Of a stretch of DNA of 62,971 bases, positions 23,617 through 33,590 are shown one piece after another. The position numbers were made by a program, and so were the translations under genes. The DNA is from Alphaproteobacteria bacterium. GTDB lineage: Bacteria > Pseudomonadota > Alphaproteobacteria > RUG11792. The DNA is taken from positions 1-62,971 of the forward strand of contig JAFVEL010000019.1 of NCBI GenBank assembly GCA_017475965.1, in the 5' to 3' direction. Numbering within the stretch: the first letter of the stretch is position 1; every line of letters begins with the position of its first letter. The notes below the pieces were generated by a model, which was not told the DNA's origin, did not search any database, and saw nothing but the letters and a program-made list of their open reading frames with translations.

Positions 23617-25227
23617 TTGATTCATATGAACTCTCGTTTGATATTACTTCTAAGCACAATGATGTTATTAACAGCATGTGATATATTAACTGATAAAAAA
23701 TCTCTATCAGAATCAATATCTGATGATTCAGTGAAAAAATTAGCATCACCAGTAAAAGATGAAGTAATAATGAAAACAAGATCTATAATAAAAACTAAAC
23801 AAAATCAAATACAAATACCTAAAAAGTTTTATCAGAAAGTTTCATTGACAATAAACGAATCACTACCATTAAAATCAGTACTATATGAAATAGCCAAGCA
23901 ACTAAAAATAAATATACAAATAGATCCATCAATTGAATCTAAAGTAATATTTATGGCAGAAAATAAACCATTCATAGAAGTAATTGATGCAGTATGTGAT
24001 ATAGCAAATTTAAGATACACAATACAAAATGATTTCTTAAAAATAGAAAAAGATTTACCGTATTCTCAAAATTATGATGTACAATTTTTAAATTTATCAC
24101 GAGATAGTGAAAATAAAATAGCAATTGCTACTGAAGTAACTGGAAGTAAAGGCAACAATATCGTAAATAATAATGATTCATCTGTTTCAAACTCAGATAG
24201 TACTGTAACATTTAAAGCTAAAAGTGAATTCTGGAATGATTTAAGTAATGGTATACAAATTATATTATCTGCAAATAATCAAAATAAATATTCCGTTAAT
24301 AAACAATCTGGAATTATTACTGTTTATGCTAATTCGAAATACCAGAAAGATATACAATCATACATAGAGCAAATACGAGAAGCAAATAATAGTCAAGTAT
24401 TAATAGAAGCCAAAATAATAGAAGTTGTACTAAATAATGAATATAAAAGAGGAATAAATTGGAATATTGTATTACAAAATAGTAATATTACAACTAATTT
24501 TGCCAACAATGGTAATAACATGCCATCGTTTAGTTATAAGATATCTGATACGGATAACATATTAAAAGCACTAGAGCAATTCGGTTCAGTGAGAACTATT
24601 TCCAATCCTCGTATTACTGCAATGAACAACCAAGCTGCAGTAATAAAAATAGCTGAGAATCAAGTATATTTCAAATTGAATTATGATAAAGTGTATTCAA
24701 ATAAAGAATCACTCAGAGAAGATGTAAATATTTCTAGTGATATAAAAACAATACCAATAGGATTAGTAATGTTTGTTCAACCTTCAATAGATATAAAAAA
24801 TGGAATAGTTTCATTGTTTTTAAGACCAACTATTACAAAACTACAGAATACAGTTAATGATCCAGCTGTTGATATAGCAATACAATCTGCTAATAATCAA
24901 TCTAGAAATATTAGTAAAGATAAATATCCTGAATCAAAAATACCTATTACTGAAGTAAGAGAAGTAGCTTCAGTATTAAAATTACATGATGGTGAAGTGG
25001 CAGTTTTGGGAGGATTTATGGAGGTAATATCTGCTAAATCGAAATCAGGATTACCTTTAATAAAGGATATTCCACTATTTGGAGAATTATCTTCCGAATA
25101 TGATACAAAAGACAAAGTAGTGGAGCTAGTAATACTAGTGAAAGTAAAAATATCAGAACCAACTACACTACAACGTGCTGCCGATATCAGACTACAAAGA
25201 TTTGTACCTGACCCAAGACCTTTTTAA
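23617..25227 (+). CDS. secretin-family outer-membrane channel, lipoprotein (MshL/PilQ/GspD-like)
   Basis: Lipobox LLSTMMLLTAC. Secretin core QVLIEAKIIEVVLNNEYKRGINWN, FGSVRTISNPRITAMNNQAAVIKI and GEVAVLGGFM......GLPLIKDIPLFGELS......ELVILVKVKI. The start could instead be the ATG at 23626. Confidence 0.85.
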   Translation: MIHMNSRLILLLSTMMLLTACDILTDKKSLSESISDDSVKKLASPVKDEVIMKTRSIIKTKQNQIQIPKKFYQKVSLTINESLPLKSVLYEIAKQLKINIQIDPSIESKVIFMAENKPFIEVIDAVCDIANLRYTIQNDFLKIEKDLPYSQNYDVQFLNLSRDSENKIAIATEVTGSKGNNIVNNNDSSVSNSDSTVTFKAKSEFWNDLSNGIQIILSANNQNKYSVNKQSGIITVYANSKYQKDIQSYIEQIREANNSQVLIEAKIIEVVLNNEYKRGINWNIVLQNSNITTNFANNGNNMPSFSYKISDTDNILKALEQFGSVRTISNPRITAMNNQAAVIKIAENQVYFKLNYDKVYSNKESLREDVNISSDIKTIPIGLVMFVQPSIDIKNGIVSLFLRPTITKLQNTVNDPAVDIAIQSANNQSRNISKDKYPESKIPITEVREVASVLKLHDGEVAVLGGFMEVISAKSKSGLPLIKDIPLFGELSSEYDTKDKVVELVILVKVKISEPTTLQRAADIRLQRFVPDPRPF

Positions 25228-25508
25228 ACAAAAAATTAATAACAATATTGTAGTGTACAAATTAGTATAAATAAATAATGTATTAATACTAAAAAATATG
25301 ATAAACTAGTGATATTATAGATAAATATTAAGATAAATTTGTAATAATTATACACTAATAATAACTAATGTACAAAAATTAAGATAACATTGTTTGATAT
25401 TACAATCTCAAAAGTAAAAAAAAATAAACAAAGCAATGTTTTTTTTACTAATTTTTAATATATTCCAATATAACATAAACTTGGTCAATATACATATAAA
25501 GGGGTTTT

Positions 25509-26747
25509 ATGATATACAACAAATTTTTAACTGTAATAAGTACAACATTGCTAATTAATTTTAGTAATTCAAATGCATCTAGCTTTAAACAAGAATTTTT
25601 TAGTGGGGATATAGCAGATAATATACAGCATGACCAACAATATTGGAATGAGTGGTTACCAGTAATAAAATGTGATGCAAAAGAAACATTAAGAGATAGG
25701 TTTGAATATTGTACTAATTGGTTAATAAACTTATTAGAATCAAAACCATTCTATAATAAAATTATTCCGTTTAATTATGAATATGATTATGATATTAAAG
25801 ATATCAATGATGTTATCGATATTAAAAAATTAAAAGAAGAAATTGCAATACGTAAAATATTATTAGATGATATTGAACATAAATGTAAATTAAATGGTAA
25901 TGCTTGGAGTGAAATACCATTAATAATAAATGGTTATAATAAAGAACATCAAAGAAAGATAGGATCACATTTACAATGGGATTGTAGATTATTACATAAT
26001 CATTGGTCTATGAGTTTTGATAGAAATTATGATAATATTAAGCTAAACTTTTATCCATCATATGAATATCAAGAACCAGCATTTTATCTAAAAACTCTAA
26101 ATTCAGAGAAAACATTAAGTATTTGTTTAAGTGGAATAGAAATGGATTTATTAACAAGTAATAATTCCACCAGTAATACAGACTTATTCGCTAACTATTT
26201 GATTAATAGAAAAGATAATCAAGCTGCTACTGAAATAGCGAGATATCAAAAATATTTTACAAAGGAACAAAATGCATTGTTAGCGAGTCATATAATTTCA
26301 TACTATTTGTCATTTAAAAATGATAAAAAACAGAAAGTAGCTAAGTACTTACTAGAGAATTATATATTAAAAGATTTATTTAAAAGTATGAAACCAAAGC
26401 AATTCTTATCGTACGTTAAAAATGTAAAAACTGATGATTGGTACGAAGTAATTATATCAAAATATTTAGATAATGAATTTGGCACAGAGTATAATAAGAG
26501 TTACTTATCTTCCTTAAAGAAAATGACCTTACAATATAAAAAAGAGTTTGAAAATATTGTTTTACCTATGATTCGCAAATATACAACTGTAATATTTAAT
26601 AAATTAGTAACAAAACATAATAATTTAATTGCAAAACGACCAAATAATGATGATGATATTGTAAGAAATAGAATAAAAGCACTATTCGCAGCAGGCACTG
26701 GTAATGGAAGAATAATTGATAATGTAATGAGTTATGTAAAAATTTAA
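25509..26747 (+). CDS. hypothetical secreted protein (orphan)
   Basis: AAAGGGG lies upstream of the ATG. Signal peptide MIYNKFLTVISTTLLINFSNSNA. 412-aa uninterrupted frame. I recognise no family. Confidence 0.6.
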   Translation: MIYNKFLTVISTTLLINFSNSNASSFKQEFFSGDIADNIQHDQQYWNEWLPVIKCDAKETLRDRFEYCTNWLINLLESKPFYNKIIPFNYEYDYDIKDINDVIDIKKLKEEIAIRKILLDDIEHKCKLNGNAWSEIPLIINGYNKEHQRKIGSHLQWDCRLLHNHWSMSFDRNYDNIKLNFYPSYEYQEPAFYLKTLNSEKTLSICLSGIEMDLLTSNNSTSNTDLFANYLINRKDNQAATEIARYQKYFTKEQNALLASHIISYYLSFKNDKKQKVAKYLLENYILKDLFKSMKPKQFLSYVKNVKTDDWYEVIISKYLDNEFGTEYNKSYLSSLKKMTLQYKKEFENIVLPMIRKYTTVIFNKLVTKHNNLIAKRPNNDDDIVRNRIKALFAAGTGNGRIIDNVMSYVKI

Positions 26748-26909
26748 AAACTATATAGACAATGATATATATGTAGTATATATGTATTAAAACATTTTAC
26801 ATAATTTTATATATCAATGTACCAAATAATTAATTATTTGTAAAATTAGTAGTTGACTGAAGTTTGAATTGTTGGTAATATGTAATTGTAGCATATGTTA
26901 CTAGCATAT

Positions 26910-26986
<77 letters not shown>

Positions 26987-26989
26987 ATA

Positions 26990-28015
26990 ATGTCCTGGTT
27001 ACAATCATTATTAAAAAAGTATCATAAAAAAAAAACAAAACAAATACAATACAAAACACTTATTGAAACATTAACATTTGAACCACATAAGTTTTCATTA
27101 GTAAAAGCATTAGATTTATCAAATTTATATTCTGACACATTAATAATAAAAAATAGTTTAAGTTTTAGTTCAAAATATTCAACTATACAAAAAGTAGAAG
27201 GAGTAAAAGAGGGATACATAGAATTATATACTAATTTCCCTAGTATAATTGGTATAAATGGAACATTGCCAGATATATATGTTGAAAAATACTCATTATA
27301 TAATCTTTATACAAAAGAAGCAATAAGAGATTTTTTTGATATCTTTCATAGTTGTGGCATTAATGCTTTTTATAAAATATCAAAACAATATAATCCATCT
27401 TGTTCCAATAATATTTCTTATAAATCATTTATTGGAAAGATATTATTACAATTATCCGGATATAGTAGTGCAGAAGAATTTTATGAAGCAATTCATAATA
27501 CTAATATTCCAATGCAATTACCAATATCAACACACAACTTATTCTGGAATGAAAATAGATCAGCGTATGGATTGAAATTATTACTGTCAAGTTTTTTCAA
27601 TGTTAATATAGAAGTTCAAGAATTCTGTGAAAAACTAATAGAGTTACCAGTTGATGAACAAACTAGAATAGGTACTACTCATGGAAAATATAATAAACTT
27701 GGAATATCATCAATTCTAGATAGATTCAGTTGGGATACAACTTCTAGAATAATGGTAATAGTTGGACCATTACAATTTGAAAAATATATACAGTTTTTAC
27801 CTAAAATAAATAATCAAGATAGAAAATTTTCATTATTACAAAAAATGGAGGAACTAATAAAATTATATGTTCCATTTGATATTGAAGTGTATCTTAAAAT
27901 AATACTGGATACAAGTATTGTAAATGGAACATTCTTAAATAGATCAAAAGCACTCAATAAAGATTCCTTCTTATTTGGTAAAACTAAAGATATTTGTTTT
28001 GTAAAACTATTGTAG
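26990..28015 (+). CDS. tssG: type VI secretion baseplate subunit TssG-like
   Basis: Ordered blocks match the conserved TssG (ImpH/VasB) blocks. They are GINGTLPDIYVEKY, FFDIFHSCGINAFYKISKQYNP, ELPVDEQTRIG, LGISSILDRFSWDTTSRIMVIVGPLQFEKYIQFLP and LIKLYVPFDIEVYLKIIL. The first 10 codons of the ORF-track entry (26960) overlap the tRNA and are discarded. Confidence 0.82.
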   Translation: MSWLQSLLKKYHKKKTKQIQYKTLIETLTFEPHKFSLVKALDLSNLYSDTLIIKNSLSFSSKYSTIQKVEGVKEGYIELYTNFPSIIGINGTLPDIYVEKYSLYNLYTKEAIRDFFDIFHSCGINAFYKISKQYNPSCSNNISYKSFIGKILLQLSGYSSAEEFYEAIHNTNIPMQLPISTHNLFWNENRSAYGLKLLLSSFFNVNIEVQEFCEKLIELPVDEQTRIGTTHGKYNKLGISSILDRFSWDTTSRIMVIVGPLQFEKYIQFLPKINNQDRKFSLLQKMEELIKLYVPFDIEVYLKIILDTSIVNGTFLNRSKALNKDSFLFGKTKDICFVKLL

Positions 28016-28077
28016 TAATATATACTATTTTTATTTACTGTTCTTGATTGTTAAACCTGTTAAATGTGAATAATATT

Positions 28078-28571
28078 TTATTTAATTGGTTTTAACTGTT
28101 CCATTCTCTCATTAGTTATTTCGGTTAATTTTTCTATATCATTTTTTAATTTTTCTTTACGATCATTAATATCTAACATGACTTCTTTTTGTAGATAATA
28201 TTTTTCTTTGTCTGAAAATGAAGTTGCTATTACATCTTCATATACGTTTTTTACAATCTGTAATCTATCAATTTGTTTATATACATTTGTCTTGATAGTT
28301 TCACATATTAATATAACTGTATTTTGTTATTTACAGTTTCCAACTGTTTACGTTTCTCAATAATTTCATTGTTTGTTTGTTGATACTCCTCATTAATTTT
28401 TGGTATGTTGTCTAATGTTCTTGACATTTGGAAACATTTATTATTTAATGCTATGAGTTCTAATGGCGATAAATTACGAGAGATATCAATTGCATTGCTT
28501 GCAGATATTCCTATAATACTGCAAATTAATAGAGATACAAATTTTCTCATTATAAAATAATTCCTTTCCAA
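28078..28571 (-). pseudogene. frameshifted gene for a secreted coiled-coil orphan protein
   Basis: The 87-aa ORF (signal peptide MRKFVSLLICSIIGISASNA) stops at 28308. A shifted frame then stays open for 78 more codons (TVILICETIKTNVYKQIDRLQ...ERMEQLKPIK) down to the TAA at 28078. The frames switch within about 28308..28327. Confidence 0.55.
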
Positions 28572-28635
28572 TAAAATATTCTATCTAATATTAATATAAA
28601 ATTAACAAATCTTAATTGATCATAACATAATATTA

Positions 28636-29511
28636 TTATTTGATCGATATATTATTTTCCTTTATAATATTGTCAAGTTCGTGAATATTAAACATCTTTT
28701 TAATTGTATTTAATTGTTTATAAGCAATTCTTTGTTTTGTTTCAAAATTTTCAATATTTGGAAAAAGCATTTGAAAGTTTAATCCATTCATACAGACATT
28801 CCAATCGTATAATATTATTGCTAAATTTGCAATTATTTTGAATATCTCATTATTATTTAATACTTCTATTTTTTTATTAATATTGAATTTAGATTTAAAT
28901 AATATTTTTTCTACATCAAAATTATTATTCGCAGCTTTGCCATATATTTTTTCATAAATGTCAAATATAATGTTATGAAAAATATTAGTGTAATCATTGG
29001 TATTCCAATTATAATTTACGATCACATTCAAGTAATCAATTAGTTGATTATAGTATTCTTTATATTGATTAATATAAATGTTTTGATTATTTAACTGCAT
29101 TATGTAATTATGGATACTTGCCATTTTCCACAATTTTTCACTTTGTAATTTCTTATTAATTAATTTTTGTATATTATCACATTTAGTTCTTATTGTAAAT
29201 AAAATTGGATTTGCTTTGCTTCTATTACGAGTACTACTGGCTGTTATATTATATTTATTTGCTTCTAAGTTATGAGAATCTAATTTTCTTTTTTTTGTAA
29301 TGAAATCATGATTTAAAGACACATTGTCATCTGTATTGGTTTTTTCTTCCAAAATAATTTCATTCTTATTAATTTGATTGATAGCATTTGTACAAATATT
29401 TAAATTACTTTCTATTATATCATTATGTTCATTAGCGTTAAAATTATCTATTGCATGACTTACAGACACTAATGCAATACTGCATAATATTATAAATATT
29501 TTCTTTGCCAT
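28636..29511 (-). CDS. hypothetical secreted protein (orphan, Asn-rich helical)
   Basis: The ATG at 29511 is preceded by AGGAGG at a 6-nt spacing. Signal peptide MAKKIFIILCSIALVSVSHA. Contains the shared ICT...DFITKKRKLDS module. The ORF track extends to a GTG at 29550. Confidence 0.65.
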   Translation of the reverse strand: MAKKIFIILCSIALVSVSHAIDNFNANEHNDIIESNLNICTNAINQINKNEIILEEKTNTDDNVSLNHDFITKKRKLDSHNLEANKYNITASSTRNRSKANPILFTIRTKCDNIQKLINKKLQSEKLWKMASIHNYIMQLNNQNIYINQYKEYYNQLIDYLNVIVNYNWNTNDYTNIFHNIIFDIYEKIYGKAANNNFDVEKILFKSKFNINKKIEVLNNNEIFKIIANLAIILYDWNVCMNGLNFQMLFPNIENFETKQRIAYKQLNTIKKMFNIHELDNIIKENNISIK

Positions 29512-29843
29512 AAAATTCCTCCTAGTAAAATTTTTAAAATTACTTAACACATAAAATATTATTAAACAGAATAATGACTAAATGCAATCAAAAATTTCAC
29601 ATGTCCTTTAAATAAAATAACAATATAATCAGATTAAATAAATCCAAGTATATAGTTTATAATTAGATACTAATAACTTAATATTTTTAATACTTTATTG
29701 CACATATTTCAATCATTATTACAATTAATGTTTTTCTTATTTTTTTACAATTTCAAAAACTTGTATTAATATATTACACAATATTTGTGAATTTAGATTA
29801 AGATTTATTATAGAACCATTGCACCACTCCGTATCTTGTAGTG

Positions 29844-30191
29844 TTATTTGTAAATGCATTTCATGATTGCATCAAGACATGATTTTATATCACTTTGTAC
29901 TATTACTCCATTCAATGAATACATTAATTCTTCTAATATATAACATAATACATGTGCTATTTCTTTTTCCCTACCTTCTGTAACATTACGTACTTTTCCA
30001 TTATTATCATCAAATAATAAATTATATAGATCTGTATAACATTTGTCTATCCAGAATAAAAGATCGTAAATTAATGTATATCCTGGAGCTATTTGTTCAT
30101 TATACAACCAATTTCTTATGGTTTCATATTGTTCTGCTTTTTCCGGAGTAATACTATAATTGCACATCATCAAAAGACAAGTTATTATCAT
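29844..30191 (-). CDS. hypothetical protein, probably the 3' part of a decayed secreted-protein gene
   Basis: 115-aa ORF without a signal peptide. Immediately upstream (30192..30310), another frame encodes a signal-like IFTAAILLFSNSMC followed by NITLHYDVANGSTKHFVSRLSFNDNN and then a stop. Confidence 0.4.
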   Translation of the reverse strand: MIITCLLMMCNYSITPEKAEQYETIRNWLYNEQIAPGYTLIYDLLFWIDKCYTDLYNLLFDDNNGKVRNVTEGREKEIAHVLCYILEELMYSLNGVIVQSDIKSCLDAIMKCIYK

Positions 30192-30477
30192 TAAAACTTA
30201 AACGCGATACAAAGTGTTTTGTGGAACCATTTGCTACATCATAATGCAACGTGATGTTTGCATTTTGTTCACACATAGAATTACTAAACAATAAAATTGC
30301 AGCAGTGAAAATTTAATAATTAAAACCATATAATAAATATGTTCAATTTCATACTAACATATATTTCATTATTACTCAATATTATTTTATTATGATTTGC
30401 AAATACTTCCTGTATAATTATAGAAAAACTATATTATATATAAACAAATTAAGTTATATATAATACATAATTAATTG

Positions 30478-32523
30478 TTAGTCTTCATTATAAGTAGATA
30501 ATTTTATTCTATTTTTATCATCTACATCTATTATTTTTACATTAATTTTTTGTCCAACTTTTGGTCTCTCCATGTTCCTTGGGAATCTACTCCAATTCAA
30601 TAGTCCTTCTTTTACTCCTATTGATATGAAAGCACCAAAATCTGTTACTCGTGATACAATACCATTAAATATCTGTCCTATTTCAGGATTTGAACATATC
30701 ATTTTTATTTCATTTATAGCAAGATCCATTAATTTCTTATCTATTGCACAAATATTTACAATTCCACTATCTTCTATTTCTATTTTTACTTTTAATCTAT
30801 CAATTATATCTTTTATTACTTTACCACCTGGCCCTATTAAATCTCTTATTTTATCTTTATCAATTTGAATTGATGCTAATCTTGGAGCATTGACACTTAT
30901 ATCTTTTCTAGAGTTACTTATAGTATTGTTCATAATATTAAGTATATGTAATCTACCTTCTCTAGCTTGTTCTAATGCAGTTTGTATTATTTCTTGAGTA
31001 ATACTATTTACCTTTATATCCATTTGCAAAGCAGTGATACCTTTACTAGTTCCAGCTACTTTAAAATCCATATCTCCCAAATGGTCTTCATCTCCCATTA
31101 TGTCAGATAGTATTATATAAGATGATTTAGTTTTTATTAATCCCATTGCTATTCCAGCTACTGGTGCCTTAATTGGAACTCCAGATGCCATTAATGAAAG
31201 AGATGTACCACACACTGTAGCCATGGAAGAAGACCCATTAGATTCAGTTATTTCAGATACTACACGTATAGTATATGGAAAATCATTATTATTTGGTAAA
31301 ACTGCAGAAATTGCTCTACAAGCTAATTTCCCGTGTCCTATTTCTCGTCTTCCAGGAGCACCTATTCTTCCTACTTCACAAACTGCAAACGGTGGAAAAT
31401 TGTAATGTAATAAAAATGATTCTTTACTTTCTCCTGCAACTGTATCAACTATTTGTACATCATATGATGTTCCCAAAGTAGTAACAACCAACGCTTGTGT
31501 TTCTCCTCTAGTAAATAATGCACTCCCATGTACTTGAGGTAATACATCAATTTTGCAATTTATATCTCGTATTTGATTGAAACTCCTACCATCTATTCTT
31601 TTCTTAGTTTTTATTATCTTTTGTCTCATAGTATTGGATAATAATTCTTCAAATAGTGATTCTATAATTGGTTTTTGTTCATCACCAAGTTCTTCTATTA
31701 GTGATTTTTTTATTAGTTTTATTTCATTTTGTCTTTCAAGTTTAGGAATTATATTTAAAGCCTTTTTTATTTTATTTAATGTTAATTCTTGAATTTTATC
31801 ATATAATTCTAAGTATTGTTTCTTTAAAGGAGTAACTTTTATTGATTTTTTATTAATTTTACTTTTCAATTTATTAATCAAATCTATTATTGGTTGTATT
31901 GTTTTAAATCCAAAAATTACTGCATTTAGAACTATATCTTCTGGCAATTCATTTATTTCAGATTCGACCATTAATATACCATCTTTACTACCAGCTACTA
32001 CAAGATTAATATCAGTATTCTCAACAGGATTTAATATGTACTTACCATTACTATAACCTACTTTACAACCAGCAATTGGACCATCAAATGGTACTCCTGA
32101 TATTGAAATGGCAGCTGATGCTCCTATCATTGCAGCTATTTCTGGACTACATTGTGGGTCATAGCTCAATAGTGTACATACTACTTGCACTTCATTACAG
32201 AATCCATCTGGAAATAATGGTCTAATTGGTCTATCAATTAATCTAGCAATTAATGTTTCATGATCAGATGGTTTTCCTTCTCTTTTGACAAATCCTCCTG
32301 GTAATCTTCCAGAAGCATAAAATCTTTCTTGGTAGTTTACTGTTAATGGGAAAAAACCAGTTTCTTCATTTTCTTCTTTATCGTATACACAGGTACACAA
32401 TAATGTAGTCTTACCAAATGATACTAATACTGCTCCATCTGCTTGTCTGGCCATTTCTCCAGTTTCTATTGATAATTCTTTTCCATTCCAATTAATTGTT
32501 TCTTTTATTTTCTCTAATATCAT
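30478..32523 (-). CDS. pnp: polyribonucleotide nucleotidyltransferase (PNPase)
   Basis: Two RNase PH domains (GRLPGGF.KREGKPS and EITESNGSSSMATVCG), a KH domain (LIGPGGKVIKDI) and an S1 domain (GIVSRVTDFGAFISI). Confidence 0.97.
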   Translation of the reverse strand: MILEKIKETINWNGKELSIETGEMARQADGAVLVSFGKTTLLCTCVYDKEENEETGFFPLTVNYQERFYASGRLPGGFVKREGKPSDHETLIARLIDRPIRPLFPDGFCNEVQVVCTLLSYDPQCSPEIAAMIGASAAISISGVPFDGPIAGCKVGYSNGKYILNPVENTDINLVVAGSKDGILMVESEINELPEDIVLNAVIFGFKTIQPIIDLINKLKSKINKKSIKVTPLKKQYLELYDKIQELTLNKIKKALNIIPKLERQNEIKLIKKSLIEELGDEQKPIIESLFEELLSNTMRQKIIKTKKRIDGRSFNQIRDINCKIDVLPQVHGSALFTRGETQALVVTTLGTSYDVQIVDTVAGESKESFLLHYNFPPFAVCEVGRIGAPGRREIGHGKLACRAISAVLPNNNDFPYTIRVVSEITESNGSSSMATVCGTSLSLMASGVPIKAPVAGIAMGLIKTKSSYIILSDIMGDEDHLGDMDFKVAGTSKGITALQMDIKVNSITQEIIQTALEQAREGRLHILNIMNNTISNSRKDISVNAPRLASIQIDKDKIRDLIGPGGKVIKDIIDRLKVKIEIEDSGIVNICAIDKKLMDLAINEIKMICSNPEIGQIFNGIVSRVTDFGAFISIGVKEGLLNWSRFPRNMERPKVGQKINVKIIDVDDKNRIKLSTYNED

Positions 32524-32534
32524 TAAATGAATTT

Positions 32535-33100
32535 AATATTCATAACTTCATAATTATATTTTATCATAATTATATATAATTTATAGATATAGTAATAAAT
32601 GATAAGACACACTGACACAGTGTATCATTAAATAAATGTAATATTCATAACTTCATAATTATATTTTTCCACAATTATGTATAATTTATGGATGTATTAA
32701 TAAAGGATAAGACACACTAACACAGTGTATATTAAATAAACATAATATTCATAACCTCATAATTATATTTTACCATAATTATATATAATTTATAGATATA
32801 ATAGAAAAAAGACAAGACACACTGAAGCAGTATGGCATTAAATGTTATAATTAAATTTCACTATCACTATATATTAATTATGGATGTGCATAGTCAAAAG
32901 GAAGAAAAACTGATACAGATTGTTTAAATAAATTAGTTTTATTTATATTACTGTTGTTTTTTATGTCATTCAATAAACTTGATATTTATAATTTCATAAT
33001 GATATGTAACGTCATATATATTATTTATAGATAAATGTAGTAATTGATTAAACACACTTACATAGTGTATCATTACTCATAATTTCATAATTAAACTTTT
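32535..33100. repeat. tandem array of about 105 bp, 3 good plus about 2 degenerate copies, each with a palindrome
   Basis: AATATTCATAAC(T/C)TCATAATTATATTTT recurs at 32535, 32640 and 32744. Each unit carries GACACACTGACACAGTGTATC (ACACTG-ACA-CAGTGT at 32609..32623 in unit 1). Degenerate copies continue to about 33100. Confidence 0.85.
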
Positions 33101-33171
33101 CTATAACGGGCTATTATTCCAGATAAAACTATTACAACATATTACTAATGCATTACTGATATACTATAATT

Positions 33172-33516
33172 CTATGTGTAATATTGTTGTGGTACGTACT
33201 GTGTTCCACTTGTACCATATGAAGAATAACCACCGGTATTACTATCATAGTAAGATTGAGTATATCCTGGTACATTGTAATAATACCCATTTGGTGCAGA
33301 ATAATATACTGTATTGTTATTATTACTTGCTTGTCTAGTATAAATTGCACCATTATATGAAGTATAACCTACATCGTTACTATTATTTGATTGATTATTA
33401 TATGATGTATTAGGAGTACTAATAGTCCTTACATTACCAGTATTTTCTTTATTTGTGCTACACGCAGTACACAATAACATTACTAAAACTAAAGCAATAA
33501 ATATTTTATGAGACAT
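33172..33516 (-). CDS. Asn/Tyr-rich lipoprotein (orphan)
   Basis: Lipobox LVMLLCTAC. The mature part is low complexity (NTSYNNQSNNSND...NGYYYNVPGYTQSYYDS...QYVPQQYYT). Confidence 0.6.
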   Translation of the reverse strand: MSHKIFIALVLVMLLCTACSTNKENTGNVRTISTPNTSYNNQSNNSNDVGYTSYNGAIYTRQASNNNNTVYYSAPNGYYYNVPGYTQSYYDSNTGGYSSYGTSGTQYVPQQYYT

Positions 33517-33590
33517 TATTATTCTTGAATATAATACATTACATATTCAGTATAACAATGACATATTAAAATATTGTTAATATATGTTAA

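Noticed and set aside
25509-26747. The 412-aa ORF upstream of tssG as a candidate TssF or TssK.
   Set aside because: It has a cleavable signal peptide and none of the TssF or TssK N-terminal blocks I know. It is also too short for TssF, and a tRNA gene separates it from tssG.
32535-33100. Possible CRISPR array, suggested by regularly spaced palindromes.
   Set aside because: The period is about 105 bp and the whole unit is repeated, so there are no unique spacers. No cas genes are present. It is a plain tandem duplication.
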